NCBI GenBank assembly: GCA_965222115.1
Contig: CBDCTJ010000007.1
Coordinates: 1,088,001 to 1,152,000, forward strand
Origin: Planctomycetota bacterium
Lineage (GTDB): Bacteria > Planctomycetota > PLA2 > JAEUHO01
Direction of reading: 5' to 3'
DNA: 64,000 nucleotides
Made by a program: the position numbers and the translations under genes. The notes below the pieces were generated by a model. That model saw nothing but the letters and a program-made list of their open reading frames with translations. It was not told the origin of the DNA and made no database searches. The stretch's first letter is position 1. Each line of letters starts with the position of its first letter. Shown here in pieces: positions 20,068-28,732 of this stretch.

Positions 20068-21065
20068 AGTCCTTTCAGTTTGTTCGTCCCCAAGACGAAG
20101 TCGGAGTGAGCGCATCGCTCGGTGATGCATCACAACTAAAGGCCAACGGCGTCGACTTGCTCGACATGCTCAAGGAACGCGTTGTACAGCCCGAACGTGT
20201 CGTGTCGCTGATCGATGTTGAGGGGCTCAACGCCATTCGAGTGGAGGATGACGGGCGCATTGTGCTAGGTAGCATGATTACGCTGCATCAGTTGGCCACC
20301 GACAAGTCGATCGCGTCGTTCCTTCCTTCGCTGCAGCATGCCGCGGCACAGTCGGCCAGTCTTCAGATTCGCACGCGCGCTACGCTCGGCGGCAACATGG
20401 GCCAACATCCTCGTTGCGGCTACTTTCGTCATGCGTCCATGCCCTGCTTGCGCCGCGGCGACGACGTTTGCCCAGTACAGAAGGAAGGTGGAGTCCAAGA
20501 AGGCGCTGGCATATTCAACAACAGCGTGTGCGCGTCGGGACATCCATCGAGCCTGGCGCCGGTCCTAGGTTCATTGGATGCCGTGGCACACGTACAGGGG
20601 CCGGAGAACGTCCGCGACGTTGAGTTCGAATCGCTCTGGGCTGAGCCAAAGAAGGGCGTCATGGGCGACCTTGCCTTGAAGCCCGGCGAGTGGATTTCAT
20701 CATTCACGATTCCGGCCCGCGGTAGCCAACAGAGCACGGCCTATGAAGAGGTGCGCCAAATGGCCGCCTTTGACTGGGCGCAAGCCTCATGCGCCGTGCG
20801 GCTTGAATCGGGTGCGACCAAAGAGGCGGGCGTAGCGTCTGTGAACGACGTGCGTATCTGGTTTGGGTCGCTTGCGCCTACGCCGGTTCGTTCCACCGAG
20901 GCCGAGAAGGTGCTCTTGGCAGGCGGTCTCTCCAAGTCGTCGATCACGCAAGCCGAAGAAGCGGCTGTGAAGTCGGCAACGCCCATTCACGGTGACGATT
21001 TCAAGGTGAAGTTGGCGCGTGTCGTCTTGCGTCGTGCGCTCATGAAGGCCGGGGGTGTGAAATGA
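20064..21065 (+). CDS. FAD-binding subunit with [4Fe-4S] insert (PaoB/YagS-like)
   Basis: KANGVDLLD, ASLQIRTRATLGGN, four Cys in PRCGYFR..PCL..DVC..SVC, HPSSLAP; ATGA overlap with upstream gene. Confidence 0.9.
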   Translation: MKSFQFVRPQDEVGVSASLGDASQLKANGVDLLDMLKERVVQPERVVSLIDVEGLNAIRVEDDGRIVLGSMITLHQLATDKSIASFLPSLQHAAAQSASLQIRTRATLGGNMGQHPRCGYFRHASMPCLRRGDDVCPVQKEGGVQEGAGIFNNSVCASGHPSSLAPVLGSLDAVAHVQGPENVRDVEFESLWAEPKKGVMGDLALKPGEWISSFTIPARGSQQSTAYEEVRQMAAFDWAQASCAVRLESGATKEAGVASVNDVRIWFGSLAPTPVRSTEAEKVLLAGGLSKSSITQAEEAAVKSATPIHGDDFKVKLARVVLRRALMKAGGVK

Positions 21066-21337
21066 GTGAACGCTTTGACCCATTGTCCAGGCCCCACGGC
21101 GCCTATCGCGAAGAAGTCGAACGCGAGCTCAAAGTGCGTTGCATCCACCTAAAGACCAAAGAGGCCTTTCTCGGTCTGCCTGCCGAACACGAGTCCGGTT
21201 TCGACGGCGACGAACCCATTTGGTGGTGCGAGAAGACGCTCGAAGCACTTGGCCCCGATGGTTCGGCTGCTTGCCGCGCCGACTGCCACGGTCTGGGACG
21301 CGCGTGTTACGAAGCACCGAAGGGGCCGATGGCGTAG
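21062..21337 (+). CDS. Small Cys-rich hypothetical protein (91 aa), probable metal-binding accessory of the molybdoenzyme
   Basis: ATGA-coupled to FAD subunit; CIHL..K, WWC..T...GPDG, C...C....R.CYE (5 Cys). Confidence 0.75.
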   Translation: MSERFDPLSRPHGAYREEVERELKVRCIHLKTKEAFLGLPAEHESGFDGDEPIWWCEKTLEALGPDGSAACRADCHGLGRACYEAPKGPMA

Positions 21338-21373
21338 GAAGAACGACGCCGATTGCGTTAGAACGCCGCTCAC

Positions 21374-21677
21374 CTCACGCAGAGACGCTGAGGACGCGGA
21401 GGCGCAGAGGAGACTTTGGCGGCGACATGAACTTCCAGTTGCTCATCAAGTCTCCATGTGAGTTCAGAATACAGAACCATGCCGAAGGCATGGAAGTTGA
21501 TAGCGAAGGGTGAGGCTTCCGAACCCTGGTAAAGCGTGCCCCCACATTGAGCGCTCTGAAAGAGCGCGAGAGACACGATTTACGGACGAAATTCATACGT
21601 TTTGAGGACTGTGATCGAACTCTTCTAGTCGAGCGCAATTCATCTCACGCAGTGGCGCCAAGATGCGGAGGCGCAGA
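21374..21677. repeat. Pair of imperfect ~35-bp direct repeats 270 bp apart
   Basis: CTCACGCAGAGACGCTGAGGACGCGGAGGCGCAGA (21374-21408) vs CTCACGCAGTGGCGCCAAGATGCGGAGGCGCAGA (21644-21677). Confidence 0.55.
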
Positions 21678-21712
21678 AATCTGCGTGTTGGTGTGCGAAG
21701 CGGGATATTTGT

Positions 21713-22933
21713 TCACTTGCCTTCAGCTTCTTCAGCGAAGCCACTCACAGCATCGACGAACTGCTTGTGTTTCTCCCGTACCAGTGCTGCATCCGGGTGC
21801 GATGGAATTGCACGATGAATACGCCTGCTCGCGACTTTAATCCAATCGACGAACTTCTGGCCTCCGGCGAAGTAGCTGTCATGGAGCATTCGATGCGCCT
21901 TGTCGACGTATAACTCGATCATCCAAAGCGGCGCGTGCTTCTCAAACGCAGGCGCGAGCACGCGAAGCGGATGCGGTTCTTCTTGATCAAATCCCGGGCG
22001 TGGCGGTGGGTCCCAGTGGGGTGGGAAGGCGTCGCGCGAGACGCCACGAATGTCTTCCATTGCCTTATCGAAATCGCCGGCGGCGAGTGCCGATTCAAAC
22101 GCATGCCGTCGTTGTTGTTCCGGTTGCGTCTTGAACATGATCGGAATCCACGCCACGAGCAATAGAACCGTGAGCAACACCAATGGAATCGATACACGAG
22201 GACTCTGTTCTTTGGGCACCACGATACGGTTTCCGCGCCCAACGCCCGCGCGGCTCAAACGACCGGCCAAGAGTGCCCAACCCAGGAACCAGATCAGAAG
22301 CGTTAAAATCCCTAGGGTGCATACGGACCCTGCCACGTCACTGAGTACTTGTTCGCTCTCCGACAGCTGCACGCCACCCATGATCGAGATGGTTGGCAGC
22401 GGAATCGTGAATAACAACCCGAGCGCAACTGCGTCGGCAAACAACATCACCGGAAAGAATATGGTCCAGTATGTCACATTCCAGACGCAAGAGATCGCAC
22501 GAGTAATGAGCAGCACGCGCCACGCGGCGACTATGCCGAGCAACATGAGATTGATGCGCGTGGCACTTGCGGGATCGGTCATGCGTTCAACGGGCATGGC
22601 ATAGACGATCGCGAGTGGCGCGGTCCACCAGTAGAGACGAAGGAGCGCGGGATAGCCACGCGCCGTGTGCTGGCGTTCCTCAGCAAGATCGCCGCCCATC
22701 CAGCCCGGTGCGAGGACCATGTAGAGAAGCCACGAAGTGAGCAGGGATGCTACAAGCGGAATCGCAAGGTGCCACGGCTCACTCAAGAGATCTTCCGCGT
22801 CATACTCACGCGCTAGTCCCGCCGCAAAAACGAACGCCAGGCCAATCCACAATGATTTGGGATGACTTGCGACTCGCCGGGCGGCTTCTTTGCCCCCAAG
22901 CAAGTACGAACATAGTGTTCTTATACCAATCAC
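21713..22933 (-). CDS. Polytopic membrane protein of unknown function
   Basis: About 7 hydrophobic segments; GTG start overlaps radical SAM stop (GTGA, 22930-22933). Confidence 0.78.
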   Translation of the reverse strand: MIGIRTLCSYLLGGKEAARRVASHPKSLWIGLAFVFAAGLAREYDAEDLLSEPWHLAIPLVASLLTSWLLYMVLAPGWMGGDLAEERQHTARGYPALLRLYWWTAPLAIVYAMPVERMTDPASATRINLMLLGIVAAWRVLLITRAISCVWNVTYWTIFFPVMLFADAVALGLLFTIPLPTISIMGGVQLSESEQVLSDVAGSVCTLGILTLLIWFLGWALLAGRLSRAGVGRGNRIVVPKEQSPRVSIPLVLLTVLLLVAWIPIMFKTQPEQQRRHAFESALAAGDFDKAMEDIRGVSRDAFPPHWDPPPRPGFDQEEPHPLRVLAPAFEKHAPLWMIELYVDKAHRMLHDSYFAGGQKFVDWIKVASRRIHRAIPSHPDAALVREKHKQFVDAVSGFAEEAEGK

Positions 22934-24258
22934 GTGATGAGTGTGCTTGGCGGGTTGAATCGAAATCGAGGATTGCGTCGCCAAATGGCGCGGCGGCGTT
23001 CGCTTCGTGTGGCTACTGCCGACGGCGCGTGAACACGTGCAAGCAATTCTGCAAAGCCGCGTTCCAACTCGTCGACGGAAAGGTTGTCGAGTCGATGCGT
23101 CACGTCAAAGAGCGTGTAGTGCGACCAATCGCGCTCCGTAAGCAATCGTCCTTCACGCTTTAATCGTGCGCGAAGCATCGTTCCGGGAAACGGTGTTTCG
23201 AGTGTGATCTGAACATCGGCGAGCTCGCTCTCCAGAACGGATTCGGATAAGCGGTCCATGGATTCGCGCGTCTCACCATCCGCGCCCACAATGAAGCATC
23301 CGTGTACAACAATCCCCGCCGCGTGGATCTCGTGGATCGCTCGCATCATGCGTTCCAACGCCGCCCGCTTTGCACCCATCCCCGGATAGCGAAACACTTG
23401 GCTCTCGAGCCCAACCAAAAGTTGTACACACCCCGCGGCGGCAAGTCGCTTGAGCAGCTTGGGATCTTCGCTAATACGCCAATCGACTTCACTGAACCAC
23501 GTCGAGCCACTTGCTTCCAGTACATCGAGCAGCGCATCGCTGTCCTTTCGCACGGCAAACGTATTGTCGTCGGCCAGTTCAAGAAGTGGCGATGGATCGA
23601 TGGCGGCGATCGCGTTCAGCTCGGCGCGAACTTGAGCGACGAGCTTTTCGAGATACGGCCCGAGCAAGCGGCTTGCTCCACAGAACTCACACGCAAATGG
23701 GCACCCGCGTTCTGTTTGCAACGTCCAGCGTGGCGGGTGCTGCGGGTGGAGATCGAAGCGAGGCATGGGCCACTCGCAGGCCGCGGGGCGCCATGTCTTC
23801 TCGTAGCGCGGCTTCAGTGTTCCCTTCCGCGCATCATCGATTACGTCAAGCCAAACGGACTCGCCACTGCCTACGACCACCGTGTCCACATGGCGTTCTG
23901 CTTCATCGGCACAAGCGGTGGCGTGCAGCCCACCAAGCACCGTTTGAATGCCCTGTTCGCGAAGCGATTTCGCAAGGCGATAGGCTTCGATTGCAGTTGC
24001 CGTTGTCGCCGAAATCGCCGCGAGTTTGGGCCCCGAGGAAACGATGGCTTGGATGGCGTCGTCGTCGATATTGCTTGCCGGGTGCCACGAACTCGATACG
24101 TCATCGGGAAGCATGCCGGCCAGGGTGAGTAGGCCGAGTGCAGGGAGTTGCGTAAGCGCGTCGCGGCGCCTACGTAGATCGGGAAGTCGCACGCTTAGGT
24201 CCGCAATGACCGGTGAAACTACGCGACTTCCGGTGAGTGGCACGAAGGCGATATGCAC
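22930..24258 (-). CDS. B12-binding-domain radical SAM protein
   Basis: LPALGLLTLAG, VLGGLHAT (cobalamin domain), ERGCPFACEFC, LADDN, VGLES, TPFPGT. Confidence 0.92.
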   Translation of the reverse strand: MHIAFVPLTGSRVVSPVIADLSVRLPDLRRRRDALTQLPALGLLTLAGMLPDDVSSSWHPASNIDDDAIQAIVSSGPKLAAISATTATAIEAYRLAKSLREQGIQTVLGGLHATACADEAERHVDTVVVGSGESVWLDVIDDARKGTLKPRYEKTWRPAACEWPMPRFDLHPQHPPRWTLQTERGCPFACEFCGASRLLGPYLEKLVAQVRAELNAIAAIDPSPLLELADDNTFAVRKDSDALLDVLEASGSTWFSEVDWRISEDPKLLKRLAAAGCVQLLVGLESQVFRYPGMGAKRAALERMMRAIHEIHAAGIVVHGCFIVGADGETRESMDRLSESVLESELADVQITLETPFPGTMLRARLKREGRLLTERDWSHYTLFDVTHRLDNLSVDELERGFAELLARVHAPSAVATRSERRRAIWRRNPRFRFNPPSTLIT

Positions 24259-24275
24259 AGCAGTAGTGTCTCATG

Positions 24276-24300
24276 CCAATTGAATGCTGTTTTCAATTGG
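24276..24300. promoter_or_regulatory. Perfect AT-rich palindrome upstream of radical SAM gene (candidate operator)
   Basis: CCAATTGAA-N7-TTCAATTGG, 17 bp upstream of the start codon. Confidence 0.4.
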
Positions 24301-24327
24301 TGTCGTTATTGCGGCGGAGCATGTTCT

Positions 24328-24372
24328 CAAAACGAACACAGCCGCGAACACCTCTCGATGTTCGCGGCTGTG
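24328..24372 (-). terminator. Intrinsic terminator after ferritin-like gene
   Basis: 14-bp perfect stem CACAGCCGCGAACA/TGTTCGCGGCTGTG; minus-strand tail TTCGTTTT. Confidence 0.7.
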
Positions 24373-24409
24373 CGTGCTTGGGGATGTAAGTTCGCTCGTT
24401 GAACGTCGC

Positions 24410-25015
24410 CTACATGTAGTTGATGAACCAACGACGGGGCGTGCCTTCGGCGACGGCTTCGCGGCGCCACGGGGGAACAACGCCTTCGAACATGGCGGCG
24501 ACCCACGGCACGTCGATGGGCGCAAGCTTGCGACCCGGGGTGAGGTGCATGGGGCGATCGCGAATGTCGGCCAGGAGATGACCGAGGATGTCGAGGTGGA
24601 ACGAGTGGTCGTCGGCCAGGACTTCCAGGAACTTCTTCAAGAAGCGGTCGTCGGCTTGCTCTGTGGCGCGGCGATGAAACACAATGGCACGTTCCGCAGC
24701 ACGGAAGGCTTCATCGAATGCTTGGTAGAGCGCCGGTGGCGTGAGAATGGCCGGGCCTTCTGCGGCACGGGGGCGACGGCGGCGTCCGCCTTGCTTGGTC
24801 TGTGAACGGCCGCCCTCACGGTCGCGCAAGTGGCGCGAAAGGATCCGGGCGTGATCGCGCACCTCAGCGGCGTACTCTTCAAAGAGCCGACGGATGGGAC
24901 CGTAGGTGAACGCGCGACCCACGCGCAAGTAGCGCGCTTCGACGTTCTGCTCGATCGAGATGCCGGTCTGGACGACGCGACTGGTGCGATCTTCAAGTTC
25001 GGTGGGGACAACCAT
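24410..25015 (-). CDS. Ferritin-like (rubrerythrin-type four-helix bundle) protein, divergent
   Basis: Two halves IEQNVEARY..LFEEYAAEVRDH and AERAIVFH..FLEVLADDHSFH; GAGGAG SD before MVVPT. Confidence 0.65.
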   Translation of the reverse strand: MVVPTELEDRTSRVVQTGISIEQNVEARYLRVGRAFTYGPIRRLFEEYAAEVRDHARILSRHLRDREGGRSQTKQGGRRRRPRAAEGPAILTPPALYQAFDEAFRAAERAIVFHRRATEQADDRFLKKFLEVLADDHSFHLDILGHLLADIRDRPMHLTPGRKLAPIDVPWVAAMFEGVVPPWRREAVAEGTPRRWFINYM

Positions 25016-25723
25016 GGCGATCTCCTCGTTCATGCATGTCTTTTGGCGTTGCCACAGCTTGCTAAGCCCGCGAACAACCCGTTCAGACGCCGGAAAGTCG
25101 TGTACGGATGCACACGCCTCGATTCTCTCGCCCCCGAAGCGGCTCTTTCCTCGTTTGAACAAGTTTCGCTCGCCGATCCCGGTGCGTTCCGAGAGCCCGA
25201 ACGGTACTTATTCAACGAAATCGAGCGTGCCACTCGCGGAGTCGGCGCGATCAACCATCCTCCAGGCGCCAAGGGCACGGCTAGAGAAGTGAGTCGGACA
25301 ATCGAATCCCCCCAAACAGGAGAGAAAACGAGAGTTCAAAACGTGATTGAAACGAGCCGGGACCCGCTCAAGAGCGAGAGGGAACATGAAGGACGCTAAT
25401 CCTCCACGTTAGTCGAGACTCTACGCGGATCCGCATCCTTTGCGCAACCCCCAAAATCCGGCGCGTTGCGCATTTTTCTGTGGAGAGCATTGTGGAATAT
25501 GACGCTCCCCGGGAATGCACATCCCCAAGTGAGCCACACCGCGGGGTTTAGGCTCGTGTCGCGTTTCGGGTGCCCCATTTGTCACGACGCCAAACGCCCC
25601 AAACCTCGCCCAAGGTCTCTGGTGTTTTGCGATTTTTTCGCCCGTCGTCTGGTGAAGCGGTCCAAAGAAAGGCCTCGTCGAATCCTCGCTGGGCGCCAGC
25701 GCGGGCGCGGCTAATCTGCGGAA

Positions 25724-26953
25724 ATGAATGGCCATCTCAATGCTCGTCTGCTTCCGCCTCTGGCGCGAAAGACCGACTCGAAAATCGTATTCGTGGTGCT
25801 CGATGGGCTCGGCGGCGTGCTCGGTGATGAACCCACCGCGCTCCAGCGCGCTTCGATTCCCAATCTCGATGCGCTCGCCGCAGTGTCAGCGCTAGGTCGA
25901 ACGATTCCCGTCGCCGAAGGCATTACCCCCGGAAGTGGCCCGGGGCACTTTGCACTTTTTGGTTACGACCCACTCAAGATGGAGGTGGGTCGCGGCCTTT
26001 TGGAAGCCATGGGTCTCGGCATCGACGTGAACGAAGGCGACGTCGCGGTGCGCGGCAACTACTGCACCCTGGATTCACGCGGTCGGTTGCTCGATCGTCG
26101 AGCCGGTCGCATTGCAACAGAGAAGTCGCGCGAGATTACCGAGACGATTGACAAGACAGTGCAGGCGATCGAAGGCGTGCGCGTTGAAGTGCATCCCGGG
26201 CTTCAGCATCGTTTCGCCATGGTGTTTCGCGGACCGGACCTCGACGGCGAGGTTGCCGATACCGATCCGCAGCGGGAGGGTGTAGCGCCGCTCGTTGCGC
26301 AGGCGCGACATCGTGCCGCGGAGAAAACGGCGCGCATCGCAAACGTATTTGTGAAAGCGGTGTCCGGCGTATTGGGTCCTCGCAAGGAGGCCAACGGCGT
26401 GTTACTGCGCGGGTTCTCCGGTCGTCCACCACTACCGACATACGCCGCGATGGCAAAACTCAATGCCTGTGCCATCGCGGCCTACCCGGCATACCGTGGC
26501 GTTGCGTCGCTGCTCGGCATGAAGATCCGTAAGGACGTGCATCCCGGTAGTAGCGTGGCCGATGAAGTCGCTGTGCTTGAGAGCGCGTGGGAAGACGCAT
26601 ACGACTTTTACTTCTTGCATGTGAAGGGCACCGATAGTGCCGGAGAAGACGGCGATATCGATCGCAAGGCAAAGGTCATTGAGGCGTTTGACAAGGAACT
26701 TCCACGCGTCCTTGCGCTCAAGCCCGATGTGATTGTAGTTACTGGCGATCACGCCACACCGGGCACTCTCGCCGCCCACTCGTGGCATGCTGTGCCGACG
26801 TTGATTCATGGTCCGTGGATGGAACCCGACGAAGAAGCCGTCTTTGATGAAGCCCATTGCCATCGCGGGCGGTTGGGCGCACACTTTCCTGCAACCGCAC
26901 TCCTGCGCATGGCGATGGCGTCGGCGGGAAAACTCGCCAAATTTGGCGCGTAA
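25724..26953 (+). CDS. apgM: 2,3-bisphosphoglycerate-independent phosphoglycerate mutase, archaeal/ApgM type
   Basis: VLDGLGG, PGSGPGHFALFGYDP, FLHVKGTDSAGEDG, TGDHATP, HSWHAVP. Confidence 0.92.
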   Translation: MNGHLNARLLPPLARKTDSKIVFVVLDGLGGVLGDEPTALQRASIPNLDALAAVSALGRTIPVAEGITPGSGPGHFALFGYDPLKMEVGRGLLEAMGLGIDVNEGDVAVRGNYCTLDSRGRLLDRRAGRIATEKSREITETIDKTVQAIEGVRVEVHPGLQHRFAMVFRGPDLDGEVADTDPQREGVAPLVAQARHRAAEKTARIANVFVKAVSGVLGPRKEANGVLLRGFSGRPPLPTYAAMAKLNACAIAAYPAYRGVASLLGMKIRKDVHPGSSVADEVAVLESAWEDAYDFYFLHVKGTDSAGEDGDIDRKAKVIEAFDKELPRVLALKPDVIVVTGDHATPGTLAAHSWHAVPTLIHGPWMEPDEEAVFDEAHCHRGRLGAHFPATALLRMAMASAGKLAKFGA

Positions 26954-26983
26954 GATCCCGCGTTTGCTGAAGCGAGACACCCT

Positions 26984-28729
26984 ATGAGTCCAGGCCATCC
27001 CAGTTCAAACGGGCACGCCGGCGTGCCGCGTGCTTCTCATTCCGAGTCGTCAACGGCGCCCGATCCTCGGTTCCGCATTCATCTCTTCACGTTGCTTGCG
27101 CCGTTCGTCATGCTGACTTGGGTATTTGCCTTTGCCCCTGAACCTCAGGTGCTCGCCACGATTCCGGGTGTGTTGGCATTGTTGTGGTGGGTGGAACATG
27201 TGCGTCGCGCGCGCACGGCGTTATGGGGATTGCTGCTCTTCGTCGGGCTAGGAATTGCGTATGGATACCGCTGGTTAAGTCAAACCGTGCAGGACTTTGG
27301 CGGGCTGTCAGAAGCCGCTGGCATCAGTGCAACGGTTGCGTTTTCACTGGCAGGTACCGTTCACTTGCTCCTTTTTGCTGGCATTCACCGTGGCATGGTT
27401 CGTTCTCGAGAAGCGCGCGGGGCAAAGCGACCGCATCCGTTGAGCACCGTCGCACTGTTTGTTGCATGTGAGTGCCTGCCGATTCGCTTCTTTCCCTGGA
27501 TGGCAGGGCACGGCGCCGTGGACTGTGTTCCCATCGCCCAGGCGGCCGCATGGGGTGGTGTTCCCGCAGTCAGCTTTGTGCTGTTGTGTCTCGTGGTCCC
27601 GCTTTACGAGTGGGGGCTTGCGGCCGGGTGCGTGCACATCGAAGCGCGTGAGACCCCCACGCCTGGGTTGAGCCCGGCACGGCCGGGCGCGGCGCTTGCG
27701 ACGTTCTTGATTGGCTTGCTTTGCTATGGTTATGGCGTCTATGACGCACGCACCGTACGCGTCGGCGATGCTGCCGCCACCAAGCATGTTCACGTTGGTG
27801 TTGTGCAGGCCAACATTGGAAGTTTCAGCAAGCGACACTCGGAGCAATACCGTGCTAAGGCACACGAAGCATCGGTTGCGGCCTATGCCCGCGGGGTTCA
27901 GACGGTCGCCAAGGAAGATGTTGATCTCATTGTGCTACCCGAGACGGCGGTGGGGCATGCGATTCCCTTCGATGCGAGCAAGCGCACGCCGAAGATCGTG
28001 TCATCGGTGTTGAGTCATCCCCGCGTGGGTTTCAAGTTCCTTATGGAGCACAGTGTCAAACACGGATTGTTGATCGGTAGCTATGAAGCGGTGCCACGCA
28101 GTCGTCGTGCGGGTCCCATCATCGGTAAGAAGCCCGACCGCCGATACAACGTTGCGGCACTACGTGCCCGCGGCGCGAACGATCAACCGTGGTCCGTCTA
28201 TCGCAAGCACTACCTCATTCCGTTCGGCGAGACCATGCCGTTTGGCATCATGAAGGACAAGTTACCGCAAAAATTCGACATGCGTGCTGGCAGTGACGAT
28301 CAAGGTGCATTGACCTTTGAGGGAACGTCAATTGTGCCCTTCCTCTGTTATGAGGGACTACTCGCCAACTACGTTCGTAGGCTCTGCAAGGGCGAGCGTC
28401 CCGATATATTGGTAAGTCTCACCAATGACTCCTGGTTCGGTGATACCTGGGAGCCTCATCAGCATCTCAATTTCACGCGCTTTCGTGCCATCGAACATCG
28501 TTCGCCTATGGTGCGATCGACAAACACCGGCGTAAGCGCATTTGTGAGCGCCACGGGTGCAGTCGAAGCGAGATTGGGTGTTGGGAAAGAGGGCACGCTT
28601 GTTCGTTCCGTACCGATCGTGGACCGTGAACCCACGCTCTTCTTGCGTTTCGGCCACATTGTGCCATGGCTCTTTGCGTTGATTTGGTTCTTGGGGCTTT
28701 GTGGATTGATGCCGGGCGATCGAAGTTAG
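26984..28729 (+). CDS. lnt: Apolipoprotein N-acyltransferase
   Basis: N-terminal TM helices; VVQANI, LPETA, YRKHYLIPFGE, LCYEG, TNDSWFG, RSTNTGVS (Glu-Lys-Cys triad). Confidence 0.92.
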   Translation: MSPGHPSSNGHAGVPRASHSESSTAPDPRFRIHLFTLLAPFVMLTWVFAFAPEPQVLATIPGVLALLWWVEHVRRARTALWGLLLFVGLGIAYGYRWLSQTVQDFGGLSEAAGISATVAFSLAGTVHLLLFAGIHRGMVRSREARGAKRPHPLSTVALFVACECLPIRFFPWMAGHGAVDCVPIAQAAAWGGVPAVSFVLLCLVVPLYEWGLAAGCVHIEARETPTPGLSPARPGAALATFLIGLLCYGYGVYDARTVRVGDAAATKHVHVGVVQANIGSFSKRHSEQYRAKAHEASVAAYARGVQTVAKEDVDLIVLPETAVGHAIPFDASKRTPKIVSSVLSHPRVGFKFLMEHSVKHGLLIGSYEAVPRSRRAGPIIGKKPDRRYNVAALRARGANDQPWSVYRKHYLIPFGETMPFGIMKDKLPQKFDMRAGSDDQGALTFEGTSIVPFLCYEGLLANYVRRLCKGERPDILVSLTNDSWFGDTWEPHQHLNFTRFRAIEHRSPMVRSTNTGVSAFVSATGAVEARLGVGKEGTLVRSVPIVDREPTLFLRFGHIVPWLFALIWFLGLCGLMPGDRS

Positions 28730-28732
28730 AGG

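Noticed and set aside
21427-21513. 28-aa ORF between the direct repeats
   Set aside because: SD spacing is long, codon usage is atypical and there is no motif
21374-21677. CRISPR array
   Set aside because: Only two degenerate copies 270 bp apart and no cas genes
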